A stretch of DNA of 64,000 nucleotides from an uncultured Gammaproteobacteria bacterium (GCA_964507055.1 CAZDOJ010000003.1:4819-68818); one strand, 5' to 3'; numbered from the stretch's first letter, positions 11,601 through 22,000 are shown. The notes: generated by a model not told the origin, from the letters alone. Translations and numbers: made by a program.

Positions 11601-13724
11601 CCCCGCAAAGGTTGGAGATGCACCAGTATGAATATCCTGTGGCAAACTTAGCGTCACTCCGCCTGTACTTCCTGAGACATTGACTTGATTGGTTGTGCCA
11701 GTCAATGAAGTAACGCCATTATTTGTGAATGTAACAGCACCAGTGGAAGCGTTGATACCGATCCCTGATCCTGCGACTGCAGATGTCACGCCATTGTTGG
11801 TAATCGTTATATCTCCAGTTGCTGCATTGATTTGAATTCCTGATCCAGCAGTCGCAGAAGTAACTCCAGCATTTTGGAGTGAAACCGATCCTCCCAAACT
11901 TACCACTCCTCCACCAGACAAACCTGTCCCTGCTGTCACGGTCACCGATGAATTTGCAAGGTTTGCATTGGTGATTCCTGCGGATCCTGAGAGGTTAGAA
12001 TTGGTCAAACCTGTTATCGTGTTGGATCCTGCAGCAATGGTTTTATTGGTCAAGGTATCATTGCTATTTCTGCCAACCAATGTGTCATTTGCAGATGGAA
12101 AAGTAAATGCAGTCCCGTCAGTTCCAGAAAGCGTGAGAGAACTATTAAGCGTGATTGTCTTTCCAGTAGCAATGTTTAACGTGTTTGAGCCATTTGCAGT
12201 CACCGTCAAACCATTCAATGTCGTAGCAGTTAGAGCTGTAAATGCACCTGTGTTTGGTGTTGATGAACCGATTGCACCTGGTGCAATCCATGTCGCATTT
12301 TGCAAAGACGAAGCATTAATCGTACCACTCCCTGTGAAACCCAAACTCGCACCAGTTCCAACGATCATATTGGCTGTCGTGTTTGTTCCATCGGTAAGAA
12401 AATCAAATGGCAAATACCCAAGTACTGTTCCTGGTGCAACCCATTCTGGTGGCGTCCCAGGTCCTGTGGATTTGAGGATGAAACCATTTGCACCAGCGTT
12501 TGTGGATGTGGCGGTTGTTGCTGAAGTTGCATAAAGAACTCCATTAGTGGTCAATCCAGATAAGACTCCAGCAGCATTACTTGTGATTGTCACAGTCTTA
12601 TTTCCAGAGTCAGGAGACAATGTAATTCCTGCTCCTGCGGAAATGGTGAAAGTGTCAGTATTTGAACCTGCAGAAATATCCGTTGAGCCAACTCGGATTG
12701 TACCGAAAATCTTCTGAGCTGAGCCAGGATCAGTATTGGTGATGGTCAAGCCGGACAAACCAATACCTGAGCCGGATGAAAATGCTACGTCGCCATTTTC
12801 ACCTTGCAGAGAAAGCACACCGGTATTGGCAATTTCCAAACCTTCCAAATCAATTCCATTTCCTGATGTGAAAGCGATTGTACCAGTCAAGCCCTGAACA
12901 GAATTAACTCCGCCAAGGGCTGCGATAACCGGATTCTGAGGATCGCCAGTGATTGAGATATTTGTACCGGCAAGTACTGAATAGACTATGTTTGATGCAA
13001 TTACTCGACCAGTTCCAGCGTCAATGTCTTTGTTATTTGTTTTAATTCCTCCAAACAAATTCGATGCTTCGTTAACCGTCAAACTATTCTTGATCTCAAA
13101 AGCATCGAGAAAGGTCACTTTCTTGGTAAACAGAGCTGGCACGCCGATCTGCAGTTGCATCGCAGAGATCCTATCTTCTGCGGCCAAGACACTTTGTCCA
13201 CCGACTTGCTCTACTTTTTCACCTGGTTTAAGAAACGAGATAAATGCTTGTCTTTTTTCATCAAGCCCTTGTGCATTGGAGAATCCTATAACTATTAATG
13301 TCGTCAGAAGAAGTAATGCTATCACTGCACCGAAGGTCATGACCGCTTGAGGCTTGTGAAGTTTTGGCTCAGGCTTTTGGGAATGATGCAGTGGAGCTGC
13401 TGAAGTTTCTGTATGAACCGGCGTTGATTGAATAGGCATTGGAGTTGGCTGGGAGATTGATGCTTTCTGAGGAACGTGCTGCGGTTGCGATTGGAATCCA
13501 AAAGGCTTTGCAGTAGAAGCAGGCTCTGAAACTTGGACATCAGCCTCATCATCTTTTACAGCAGCTCCAAGTAATTGAGATAATTGGGCTTTACTGTAAC
13601 GACGCTGATTACCGAAAGTCCTATGCGAAGTAAGATAACCCTTTTCCTCCCATCGACGAAGAGTCCTCGTCGAAACGCGGAAAAAAGTTGCAGCTTCTTG
13701 AATTGTTAGATACTCGTTGTTCAT
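5604..13724 (-). CDS. Giant repetitive surface protein, paralog B (2706 aa). N-terminal excisionase-type HTH, linker, TM, repeat ectodomain. Near the C-terminus is a roughly 120-aa domain homologous to the ectodomain of the 37333-38103 protein, then a 265-aa tail.
   Basis: Complete ORF in the track. N-terminus 'MNNEYLTIQEAATFFRVSTRTLRRWEEKGYLTSHRTFGNQRRYS', TM 'AVMTFGAVIALLLLTTLIVIGF'. Long internal repeats ('LTTVGALASGSIANGFGTILTANTIQGSNITASGTTGFTGSG...LPVGNGGTG') occur at least twice. The ATG at 13724 was checked in the sequence. Confidence 0.9.
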   Translation of the reverse strand: MNNEYLTIQEAATFFRVSTRTLRRWEEKGYLTSHRTFGNQRRYSKAQLSQLLGAAVKDDEADVQVSEPASTAKPFGFQSQPQHVPQKASISQPTPMPIQSTPVHTETSAAPLHHSQKPEPKLHKPQAVMTFGAVIALLLLTTLIVIGFSNAQGLDEKRQAFISFLKPGEKVEQVGGQSVLAAEDRISAMQLQIGVPALFTKKVTFLDAFEIKNSLTVNEASNLFGGIKTNNKDIDAGTGRVIASNIVYSVLAGTNISITGDPQNPVIAALGGVNSVQGLTGTIAFTSGNGIDLEGLEIANTGVLSLQGENGDVAFSSGSGIGLSGLTITNTDPGSAQKIFGTIRVGSTDISAGSNTDTFTISAGAGITLSPDSGNKTVTITSNAAGVLSGLTTNGVLYATSATTATSTNAGANGFILKSTGPGTPPEWVAPGTVLGYLPFDFLTDGTNTTANMIVGTGASLGFTGSGTINASSLQNATWIAPGAIGSSTPNTGAFTALTATTLNGLTVTANGSNTLNIATGKTITLNSSLTLSGTDGTAFTFPSANDTLVGRNSNDTLTNKTIAAGSNTITGLTNSNLSGSAGITNANLANSSVTVTAGTGLSGGGVVSLGGSVSLQNAGVTSATAGSGIQINAATGDITITNNGVTSAVAGSGIGINASTGAVTFTNNGVTSLTGTTNQVNVSGSTGGVTLSLPQDIHTGASPTFAGMTLASFVTDGGLLYANGSGSFAQSSTLFAGVNGLGVGSNAIGNGKLVINQQNASGDIFSASSSGTTRLTLSNNGNLNLTGGAYQSNGISGITQGSASCVTTTNGIVTGFGTCQLGSEQWEINNGAIYTGNMSLDLLLGGSSTGSAKFAVTNISGGTPTASISANSGNNAAYLAGNGVLGTTNAQTLTVGSASTGNVVIDAGSGSIILSDATTVNGGVNLSLGNGYSINGTSVLNASTLGSGVTASSLTSVGALASGSIANGFGTILTANTIQGSNITASGTTGFTGSGAGAGMTFSGSGNHDVTASLGTLRFGAATLTGAITGNSQSITGLNNFSAAGTITLGGLTTGIVKSNGSGVLSSSAVGLNTGDVTGTLAVGNGGTGTASTPTNGQLLIGNGTGYTLAGLTNGTAISISNGAGTITINNTGVTSAVAGSGIGVSGATGAVTISNSGVLSLTGTTNQVNISGSTGAVTLSLPQNIHSGASPTFAGLTLSGFTSNGGILYTNGSGILAQTSVGGLGQCLMSNGGGTPTWGTCAGGTNLWQSNNGTVSPFSNTLDLLVGGTSTTSAKFRFINTNSGTPTASISANSGNNAAYLDGTGVLGTTNAQTLTLGSSTTGNVVIDSGSGLITLSDNTTVAGNLNLQTGNAFQINSTNVLTNNTLGSGVTTSSLTTVGALASGSIASGFGTILTANTIQGSNITASGTTGFTGSGVGAGLTFSGSGNHDITASLGTLRFGAATLTGAITGNSQNLTGLANLGATGTITFGGLTTGVVQSNGSGVLSSSALNLAGGASLITGTLPIGNGGTGTASTATNGQLLIGNGSGYTLAGLTQGTAISISNGAGAITINNTGVTSITGTTNQVNASGSTGAVTLSLPQNIHSGASPTFAGLTLSGLTNCDTIDTNGSGVLSCGTDAGATNYWQSNNGAVSPSNSTNDFLIGGTATASARFSVTGMATTLGGVSSFSTANSLPAGRTFNGVVAANGYIYSIGGYNGGGQSTAYYAALNADGSVGDWRTTSSLPTSLSNATAVVYNGYVYVAGGQVSITLQNKVYYARLNTDGTLGSWQTATNLPQAIQSQSSVVANGYLYMLGGSNNVINNNINSIYYAKINSDGSIGAWTTNGTNLPAATRGHTSVVANGYVYMIGGNASGGTTNVYFAKLNGDGSVGSWTSTNGMPAARVGHSSVVANGYVYAMGGDDTSNAQDEVFFAKLNDNGTVGTWATNQYLIPGVRGNISKNGVIENGYMYVVGGSTTTSGTSGIQSTVYYASTARISMNANLDLIGLSGGNIASASGMVGNGAVGGSVFAGNIFSNGSLTVAGNAQMWNGLSVNGEQTINGALSIFGTSGTAPAASISASTAKAAFMVDNNGVGDLFTASKSGATKFVITNSGNVGIGGVTNPGNPLYVAGNTSGDSVLFTDGPGSLNYLAFGTNRTGGGYNDIASIIGGVYDDLILQRGGGRVGIGLTDPNYDFDVRGISSLNYIQNPNIYGANIGGGILFSQYNAGTAENVYLKVYDANAGFVFENNGAATVTLATLTGAASFGLGTNNFTNLPDGSLHVGNGALCVDDGGSNCDDASRLAGRIYAESSTVTAIDLAENYPSKDNTLEPGDLVIADPNNTEYVKRSENSYQGSILGIVSTKPGILLGGFGDEERRFGNDKKYPIALAGRIPTKVSTENGPIKPGDYLTSSSIPGVAMKATQAGTTIAKAVESYNNPDPRAVGKVVALVNPSWYDPRATLSSDGNISVDGKPFNPQLAQNQNTNISDDSFNARTATSSALTTVKSKTNVLQDMLAALTTRVSTLEDSASSSAFMTSAPGGFTASSAAELDLEKLDVNKVTVTDTLAVVGRTTLADVGITGKVNVGLLSIEGLDNEGSAAINTSVGALRLQSNGLNGIDILNGKITIDNKGNMKSEGEITAKKVNIDTEEVASASLGEVVLKEGQTKVIVKTSALSDKSKIFVQAEEIPVTTAVKKTAADTFEIRVRSAESTDVRLSWWIVN

Positions 13725-13793
13725 TGGGCAGTAATGAAATTGAGCTCAAATACTAGACTTTGTCACCTTTTGTCCAATATTTTCACATAATAT

Positions 13794-13823
13794 AATTACT
13801 ACATATATTAATAAGGCTGTCAA
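13794..13823 (-). promoter_or_regulatory. Conserved promoter/operator-like element upstream of giant gene B (same motif as 4964-4994 and 36007-36037)
   Basis: The sequence is 'attactacatatattaataaggctgtcaagg'. The reverse complement gives TTGACA plus an AT-rich -10 region oriented toward the ATG at 13724. Confidence 0.45.
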
Positions 13824-14123
13824 GGATGAGAATAATCTTATCGTATACTTATCATACTTTATCGATTGTGCTCGACAATTTCGTGAAAAGTTTCGGGGAA
13901 TTATTGATGAGAGAATCCAGTAAATTCTAATAATCTTATACGTGCGATTTTGGAGAATTTCATTAGTTGCAAAAACGTGTTTTTAGAAATTGAGTCAGTT
14001 TAAAAAAAGTCTTATAATAATCATTATCCGTCAGGGACAGAGATATATCCTTCCCTTTTTACGAAAAAATTAAAGATATCAATAGTTATATTAATGCATC
14101 AAAGTGGTGGTCTATTCTTTGTT

Positions 14124-14657
14124 CTATTGAGGAATTAATTTGTTAAGAGCATCTTGTTCTGCGGCTGCTGATGCAATCTCGATATCTGGTTCTGTAGAAG
14201 CTGATGTTGTCCCCGCAACTGCTGAGGATTCAAATGGAATTGATGTAGGCTCTAGATAATTGAGTTTGGACTTACTGATAATTTTTTTTAATGATGGTCT
14301 ATATAAATAGACTTCTTTACTCTTTTTGTAAAGGAGAATCTTATCTCCGTTCTCTGCCTTTTTAAAGAAAGGTTGTGTATCGAGTGATTGCTTATCTGAA
14401 ACTGTTGCCACAGTTGGGACTTCATCTTTTGGAAGTGCCAATTGTTTCTTTGCATTGCCCATCATCTCATTCCAATCTTCTTCGTATGTCTTTGCCTCTC
14501 TCTGAAACACTGCTTCAGGGCTATGAAAGTACTGCCAATAACGGAAACCACCATAACTGCCCACGAGAACTCCTGCAACAATTCCAACAGCAATGAGTGT
14601 CGATGCAACTGGATGATTCTTATGAAATGTTTTAATTTTTTGCATGGCACTTAGCAT
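14124..14657 (-). CDS. Hypothetical membrane-anchored protein (N-terminal TM helix, Lys-rich extracytoplasmic part)
   Basis: ORF of 177 aa with one hydrophobic helix ('VASTLIAVGIVAGVLVGSYGG') near the N-terminus. It sits 103 bp downstream of the M23 gene, on the same strand, inside the giant-gene cluster. Confidence 0.5.
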   Translation of the reverse strand: MLSAMQKIKTFHKNHPVASTLIAVGIVAGVLVGSYGGFRYWQYFHSPEAVFQREAKTYEEDWNEMMGNAKKQLALPKDEVPTVATVSDKQSLDTQPFFKKAENGDKILLYKKSKEVYLYRPSLKKIISKSKLNYLEPTSIPFESSAVAGTTSASTEPDIEIASAAAEQDALNKLIPQ

Positions 14658-14760
14658 AAAATAAAGCGAGTAAAATGTAAAGAAATCTCAATACTCATCT
14701 TTGCATAAAACCCTTTGCCATTTCGCATTTGATGACCTTTGGCGACATGTGTAAAAATGC

Positions 14761-17700
14761 TTAGAAAACAAATGGTTGTTCAGCAGCACGTCCATCAAAG
14801 AATTTCCCATGTCGCATTAATTCCTCATTTGTTGGAGCATAGATTTTCGTTTCTTCTGATCCCACGGATGAGAAAGTTCCTGGTGCTACTTGATTATTAT
14901 ATTCAGTCTCAATCCATGCAGCGGAACGCACGGTATTGGACATACGGACCTCATCAATCCTTCCGTCAAAGCACCACGCAAAATTAGAAGAACAAACTGC
15001 ATTGATATCTGCTTGCCCAATGGATGAAGCCTGTGTAGTGTAGTCTCGAGGGTTTCCGGTATAGGTGACACTATTTCTGAATATTCCATCAACGTAGAGA
15101 CTATTTACCTTAGTTGCTGTATTAACTGTCTGTACCACATATCTAAAGGCTCCTATTGCAAATGGTGTTGTACTTGCTCCAAAAGCTGTACCTCCGGTAT
15201 TATAGACCGTAGAGAACCATGTACTACTACTCGCGAAACGGATACCTGTATGCTGGCCCCTTTTCCCCACAACAAAGTAATCGTTATTTCCTGTAGCATT
15301 TGGGTTTGTATCAGGACTAGCCCATGCACTATAAGTGAAATTTGATTCAGTTATATCTTGCAGACTTGCTGAATTTGGGATAGTGACTTTATCATTTCCA
15401 GCTGTTCCCCCATCAAAGTTTTGTGAGTTACCTACCTGACCTGTATTTGTACTGAGGGTAAATCCACTGGCGGTTCCATTATTTGCATTAGACGTGGAGT
15501 CATTGACTGTCGTCCCTGAGGTTTCTGCCATATGATACACGGCTTTATAGTTGCTATCCCAAACGCTTGTTGCACTTTGCTGACTGGCGGCTGATGGATT
15601 GCCATAATACATATAGATCGTCGTGTCATTAACCGAAGACAAGCTTGGAATCTTAACCCACGCCACGAGCGTACCGGATGCATACGATTCGATTTGATGC
15701 GAGAGTTTGGTTCTGCCATCATTCGAGGTAAAGAGGATGTCATTACCATTTGCTAGTGCTTTCGTTGAAAGATCACTGTCACTCGTCCGTGTTATAACTA
15801 CAGGAAAATCAGTAAGGGCTGAGTCTGCAGACGTGTAAGCCATAATTACACCTGCCTCCAATAAGGATATAGTCGCGGTATTCGTACAGGATTGCATACC
15901 AATCGTAGCCGCATTGGACGGGTACGTCGAGCTCGTGGTAATTGGTGAGACATAAGTCTCTTCAAAATTACCTAGGGTGATTGTCGTATCTGTACCATTA
16001 AATGTAATTCTGGATCCGGTACATGAAGTTGCGTTCCTCCTTCCATAAATCCATCCCTGACTTGCAATAAGTCTTTGAGACGAAATATCAACATCGCCTG
16101 TAGCAGCATTTTCAATACCAAAATTCTCTCTTTGATTGGCCACGTTTCGACTCCAGCCGTTTGTCCCACTAACAGGACGCTCATTAATCTGAGGAGCATG
16201 TCCACTTCCATAGCCACTGCCCCCTGATCCAACTTGTGTTGTGAACTGGTTTGCTGCACCGTTTGCATTTGGACGCTTAGCTGTGACATGAACTTCTCCA
16301 GGATCGGAAAGATCGCTGCCATTGTCTATATAGATATCATCCATATGCTGTACCTTGTTTGCTCCATTCGCGTCAGCGATAAGCCCCATACGAATATAAT
16401 TAGAACCAGTAGCACTAAGGAATACATTGGAACTTGTGTATTCAAGATTTCCATTGAGATAAACTCTGAATTGATTCACAGATGTTGATGTAATAGTGTA
16501 TGCCATAGAAATTCGATACCAGACACCAGCCTGCAAAGCTGTACTGCCCTGATTACCGCTACCATCCTCCAATATATGCCCTGGTCCCATCGTCAGAGGA
16601 CTACCAATAAATGTAGAGTCATCACTCTGATAAAGTTCGATAATACCTTGTTCTCCACTATTGGTGAAGTTATCAAATTTCATATAGAAACTAATTCTTG
16701 TACCCGTATCACTCGCAACACCACCCTGGTGGAACATAGAATATGTCGCACCTGCACCGGTATTGAGTCGTAATGAACACGGGCCAGTCACGGAGGTAGT
16801 GCAATCAGAAGTTACGGTTGAGTCAGGATTTTCATAGAATTCTACGTTCTGAGTACTATCCGTTCCAGGTTCCATAAAGGTAACAGTTGGAGATGAAGTA
16901 ACCACTTCTGTATGGTCAATGGTAATCGGCTTACGATATATCCACGAATAGTCGTACCAATCTGTACCCACAGCATCGGCTGCAAGTTGCCACTTTCTTG
17001 TGTCGTCGTAGATCATCGTTTTGGAAGAGTCAAAGAGTTTTGCAGAACCTAATAAGTAAAACTGTGGACTTACTTGTGGAGCTCGATATGCATAACTCAA
17101 TGTTGTCTTCTCCCCTTTCTTCAATGAGACTTGCCATTTAATAACTTTCACCTTTTCAGTCACACTACTCTCAGAATCTGCAACTTCCGTTTGGATTTCC
17201 TGACTAAGGACGGTAAATGGCTGTGCTTTCACCGAATTCGTAGCAGCAGACGATGTTGCTACCGATGGCTGAGGCGTTTCAAGCGTAGGCTCAGGTTCTG
17301 TTGAAGGAACGGCTGATGAAGTGGCTGGATTTGCTTCGGATCCTCCAGGTGTATCATGCTGATGTTCTTCCGCAGCTGATGTCGTCGCAGAGAGAACTCC
17401 AGTTGAATTAATAGCATTCTCAAGTGCGGGCGGCATGATGCCATTACCTGCAAGGTTAAGATATGGCAGCGGATCAATCTTTCCTGCATAACCATTTTCC
17501 ATATCGGGATTCTCGGGTTTCATACCAAAATGCAAATGGGGTCCTGTCGATTCACCTGTATTACCTGAGTAGCCGATAAGCATACCTTTGGTGACATGCG
17601 TTTCTGTTGGGACATCTGTCTTACTCAGATGGCCGTAGTAACTCTTTCCCCACGCGTGTTGAATAATGATCGTAATACCATAATCCCCTGGCCCAGAAAA

Positions 17701-19002
17701 AACCACATTGCCTTCATCCACTGCATATAACGGAGTACCCATTGGCAGAGCAAAGTCTATCCCATCATGACCAGAAAGACCGTATTTGGAATAGAAATTT
17801 CGCAGTTCTCCATCGGTTAAGTAGCCACCAAAACCTTGTGAGATTGAGTAGCTTCCATCAAAAGGCATTTGGAGAGAAGCGGTACTTGCACCAAGCACTT
17901 TCGTTTCAGGATCTTGTCCATCTAAGTACACTGTCTTTACACCATCATACGAAGATTTTTCATCCGTTGGTGTAATGACAAAACTCTCAGGTACAGTTTC
18001 AGTAACAGTTCCTTCGAAATCCTGATTTGCTGTGACCTCAATATTCATCGGATACGTAAGCGGCGGATACAAACGTGTAGCACTAGTTCTTTTGATTTCA
18101 AATGGCGTTTGTGTTTTTACTTCAAATGAATCTGTGATTGAAAATTCTCCATTCAAACTTATCGCATGCAGTTCCATCGTATATGTTCCTTCGTCTGCAA
18201 CAGTATATTGTGCTTCGTAATCAGGTTTTAGAGTAAAGTTCTTTGATGAACATTCTTTATTCACTTTAATTTTGTTATTTGCAGTTGAGAGAATATCTGT
18301 AGTATTTGCTTTCACATTGGTGATCTTGAGAGAGACGCTTGCATCACAGACCATCTCTCCTTTTTCATCAAGAACTGCCATTGAAATTGCAGCTGTTTCT
18401 TTTGGCTTATATGTGGCTTTGTCAGTATTGATGGCAAGTACACCCCACGTGAAGTCTTGCTTAGAAATATTTCCTTTGGCATCTGTTACTTCAAGCGTAA
18501 ATTGGCCAGGAACGAATTGATTGGTCCCCGCCAGAAGTACTTCTGTTTGATTACCATGCTCAACAGTACGGGTTTCAACTGGAATTACCTCACCTTCCGA
18601 ATCAATAACTTTGGTCGTAAACGCATCTTTGTCGGGATTATTTACAGTCATGCTGACAACTTCATCTGCCTTAAAGTCATCTTTGGGAAGCTCTTGTACC
18701 GAAACCGGAATTGGTCTTTTGGCTGAAGTATTTGAAGCAGAATCATCTGCAAGAGTCAGCTTATTGATATCTTCAGCAACACCTACCATATTACGTTTGA
18801 TCACATCCGTATGTGGATCTGTAAGTGTTGGCTGCTCGACACGTACATCCTTAGCCCAAACCTGTGCAGGATAAGCAAGATGGCCCAAGCCGAGCGTAAG
18901 AATATTGATAATTGCGACAGTTCTTTTAAGATGAGTGAAATGCAATTTTCTGAAATGAGAAAAGGCAGTATGCATATATTTTGGGCCGTTTTTACTCGGC
19001 AA
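14761..19002 (-). CDS. Large secreted M23 (LytM-type) metallopeptidase with C-terminal LamG/concanavalin-A-like lectin modules (about 1400 aa). The start is uncertain: TTG at 19002 or ATG at 18975.
   Basis: Signal-peptide-like 'MHTAFSHFRKLHFTHLKRTVAIINILTLGLGHLAYPAQVWA'. M23 motifs 'SGHDGIDFALPMGTPLYA...GYSGNTGESTGPHLHFGM'. LamG-like signature near the C-terminus '...CFDGRIDEVRMSNTVRSAAWIETEY'. The track start codon is TTG (revcomp of 19000-19002 'caa'). Confidence 0.8.
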   Translation of the reverse strand: MPSKNGPKYMHTAFSHFRKLHFTHLKRTVAIINILTLGLGHLAYPAQVWAKDVRVEQPTLTDPHTDVIKRNMVGVAEDINKLTLADDSASNTSAKRPIPVSVQELPKDDFKADEVVSMTVNNPDKDAFTTKVIDSEGEVIPVETRTVEHGNQTEVLLAGTNQFVPGQFTLEVTDAKGNISKQDFTWGVLAINTDKATYKPKETAAISMAVLDEKGEMVCDASVSLKITNVKANTTDILSTANNKIKVNKECSSKNFTLKPDYEAQYTVADEGTYTMELHAISLNGEFSITDSFEVKTQTPFEIKRTSATRLYPPLTYPMNIEVTANQDFEGTVTETVPESFVITPTDEKSSYDGVKTVYLDGQDPETKVLGASTASLQMPFDGSYSISQGFGGYLTDGELRNFYSKYGLSGHDGIDFALPMGTPLYAVDEGNVVFSGPGDYGITIIIQHAWGKSYYGHLSKTDVPTETHVTKGMLIGYSGNTGESTGPHLHFGMKPENPDMENGYAGKIDPLPYLNLAGNGIMPPALENAINSTGVLSATTSAAEEHQHDTPGGSEANPATSSAVPSTEPEPTLETPQPSVATSSAATNSVKAQPFTVLSQEIQTEVADSESSVTEKVKVIKWQVSLKKGEKTTLSYAYRAPQVSPQFYLLGSAKLFDSSKTMIYDDTRKWQLAADAVGTDWYDYSWIYRKPITIDHTEVVTSSPTVTFMEPGTDSTQNVEFYENPDSTVTSDCTTSVTGPCSLRLNTGAGATYSMFHQGGVASDTGTRISFYMKFDNFTNSGEQGIIELYQSDDSTFIGSPLTMGPGHILEDGSGNQGSTALQAGVWYRISMAYTITSTSVNQFRVYLNGNLEYTSSNVFLSATGSNYIRMGLIADANGANKVQHMDDIYIDNGSDLSDPGEVHVTAKRPNANGAANQFTTQVGSGGSGYGSGHAPQINERPVSGTNGWSRNVANQRENFGIENAATGDVDISSQRLIASQGWIYGRRNATSCTGSRITFNGTDTTITLGNFEETYVSPITTSSTYPSNAATIGMQSCTNTATISLLEAGVIMAYTSADSALTDFPVVITRTSDSDLSTKALANGNDILFTSNDGRTKLSHQIESYASGTLVAWVKIPSLSSVNDTTIYMYYGNPSAASQQSATSVWDSNYKAVYHMAETSGTTVNDSTSNANNGTASGFTLSTNTGQVGNSQNFDGGTAGNDKVTIPNSASLQDITESNFTYSAWASPDTNPNATGNNDYFVVGKRGQHTGIRFASSSTWFSTVYNTGGTAFGASTTPFAIGAFRYVVQTVNTATKVNSLYVDGIFRNSVTYTGNPRDYTTQASSIGQADINAVCSSNFAWCFDGRIDEVRMSNTVRSAAWIETEYNNQVAPGTFSSVGSEETKIYAPTNEELMRHGKFFDGRAAEQPFVF

Positions 19003-19069
19003 CCCTCCTTATATTCATAGTAAATCAATTCCTGTACAGTTGCAAATTAGACGCTATACTCCCCTGGTA

Positions 19070-22000
19070 TTACTTATTGGATCTGTAATTGAGGACGATA
19101 TCTCCAACCTGAGTGTAGTTATTATCTTTGGAATATAGCTTCAAGTAGATGATAGCAGTCTCACCAGCGGCATCCAAATCTCGTGTATTACCGGCATCCA
19201 GTTCCGAGTCATCGATGCTTATGACGTTCCATTGTCGTTGGCTTGCAGACGTCTGATTGACTCTCATTGCTACTGGCGTCGAGGCTTGTGCAGCACTCAA
19301 ACTAATATCCGAATTATAGACTCTCACATCAAGCTTATTTCCAGTATTTGTAGTTAATTCTGTATTGTAATAAATCTGAAGGGCATTACTTGTTTCCCAT
19401 GCAGCAAAATCATCAGGTAATGTAACTCTTACTGCCACTGTGTAATCTTGTATTGCTGTCTGGCTTGAATTCCATTCATAGTAACTCATAAAGTTGGACA
19501 AATTCTGACTTGCTGAACTGGAAGCATCTGACGTCATAAATCCGTTGGTTGTACCTGAGTTAGAAGCAGTGAGTATAGCTCCTGGGTATTCAGCACTAAG
19601 CGTAACCTTTCTTACTGGTCTTGCTGTGCCGTAATACGTTGGTCCCGCTGCAGGATCAAATTGAATACCATTTGTGGTACTACCGATTGTAACAATTCCA
19701 TCCACTTCAAGTTCATCCTGGATATACAGATCATTATCACCATCAGCAGTATTGTTGTTGACCACAGAATCACCAATGACGTTGAATGCTGATCCTCCAC
19801 CATAGCCACCGACATTGAGTGTGTCGTTATCAGCAATGATGATATCTGAGCCAGCTGCATTGAGGGTGATATCACCTGATGAAGAGGTAAAGGTATTTCC
19901 AGTTACATTTCCTGTTAGATTACCTGTTACATTACCAAATATCGTGCCTAATGTTTGGAGATCCCCTTCTATAAAGAGATCATCATCTGATCCCATATTA
20001 CCGTTCGCTCCAGTAATCGTATCGCCAATAATGTTATATGCAACGTCCGAAGCATTTCCTCCAATGTTCAACGTCGTAGCATCATTAAAGATCACATCGC
20101 CACCATTTGGTGCAAGTGTGAGGTCCCCTGTTGTTGTATCTAAAGTATTGTTATCAAGTCGAAGATTATCCACTGTTAACTGTCCAAGTCCAGTAATACT
20201 TTGAGTATTTCCAGTTATAGTTCCGGTCAATGTTAATGCACCCAATCGAAGCACACCCACTGAGGCTGTAATGTCATGATTACCTGTACCTGAGAATGTT
20301 AAGCCGGCACCATTACCGGTAGATGCATATCCAGTGGTACCTGCTGCTGTAATATTACCTCCAGCAATATTATCTGATCCTACATCAATTGCCCCAAATC
20401 CAGTATTGATTGAACCTGAATTCAAGACACCCACTGTTGTGAGTGAAGATGTCACAACACTCGAACCAAGTGTCGAAGCACTCAAGATACTTGCTCCATT
20501 GATCTGGAATTCTTTACCTGAAGAAAGATTTAAGTTACCTGTTGAAGTAACAGTGCCTGAACCTGCTTGAGGTGATAAGGTAATATTTCCTGTGGTATTT
20601 CCACCAATGGTCAATGTATTATTTCGAAGTGATTGGATAACTGCGTCTCCACCAAGTGAAAGTCCGTTTCCTGTAGCTGTTGCTGAAACAGATGCTGTTG
20701 GCGTCCCTGAATTCATATTAAGTACTGCAAATTTTGCTGAACTTGAAGCTGTGCCTCCGATAAGGATATCCGCGGTACTGTTTACTGGAGAGAATGCTCC
20801 ATTAGCCAAGTTCCAGTAATTCGCTCCGCCACAAGAACCCCACGTTGGAGCCGCTGCACCATTCGATTTGAAACAATCACCGTTTGTGCCTGCTGACGTG
20901 AAGGCAAATGCTGTACCGGTACCGTACGCTACACCACCATTAGTCGGAGTTGCTGTTGAATTTGTACCACCGTTTGCAATTGGTAATGTACCTGTAATTT
21001 GCGTCGTCAAATCAACTGCTCCCCATGATGGCGTTGTTCCTGAGTGAAGGAGTTGGTTACCTGTACCTGCAGCCAATCGAGTCCAATCAGTTCCGTTGTA
21101 ATACATTAAATCTCCGGTCGCATCTGAACCTAACGCAATATCTGTACCATCAACAGAGTTGTCCGCAATTGTTGTTCCAAATGATCCTGTACCTGTTCCA
21201 GTTACATCACCTGTGAGTGTAATTGTCTGGTCCCCAGTGTTTGTACCCGAAGTTGAACCAGAGAAGTTCGATCCAGCCAAAGTTCCATTACATGCAAAGT
21301 TACCGTTAGAGTTGGTAACTGTACAGCCAGTCCCACCAAATCCGCCACCAAGAAGGACATTGCCTGTTCCTGTGCCATTCAATCGGAGTTCACCTGTTCC
21401 CTTTGCATCGATAGCAAATGGAATGTTAGAATCGCCACCTGTTGCTGCGAGTGTGACTGCACCAGCTGCGGCGGCATTGGTCAAGGTTAACTCATTAATA
21501 GCTGAAGCTGTTGTACCGAAGATGAGCTGTTCATTACCATTTGCATCAGCGATAAATCCACCATTTACAAATCGTGGAGCAGTAAGTGTCTTACCACTTA
21601 AGGTTTCAGTTCCTGCCAAAGTTGCCAATGTACCTGTTGTAGGCAAAGTCACATTCGTCGTACCTGTTGTTGTAAGCGTCAACGCATTTGCACCTGAGGT
21701 AGTAAAGTCACCAGCCAACGCAAGAGCACCAGTTGTCCATGTTGGAGCACCTGTGCCACCTGAAAGTAATGCTTGTCCAGATGTACCTTGAGCTGAAGCT
21801 GCAACTGGACTTGTTCCGTTTCCGTATAAGATACCACCTTGGGTCAATGTCGTTGCACCGGTACCACCGTTGCCTACTGGAAGTGTTCCGGTAACATCAG
21901 CTGTCGCCAAACCAATTGCTGAACTGGAAAGAACACCGGATGCGTTGGTCTTTACAACGCCAGCTGTGAATCCATTCAAGACAATGTTGCCAGTTGTATT

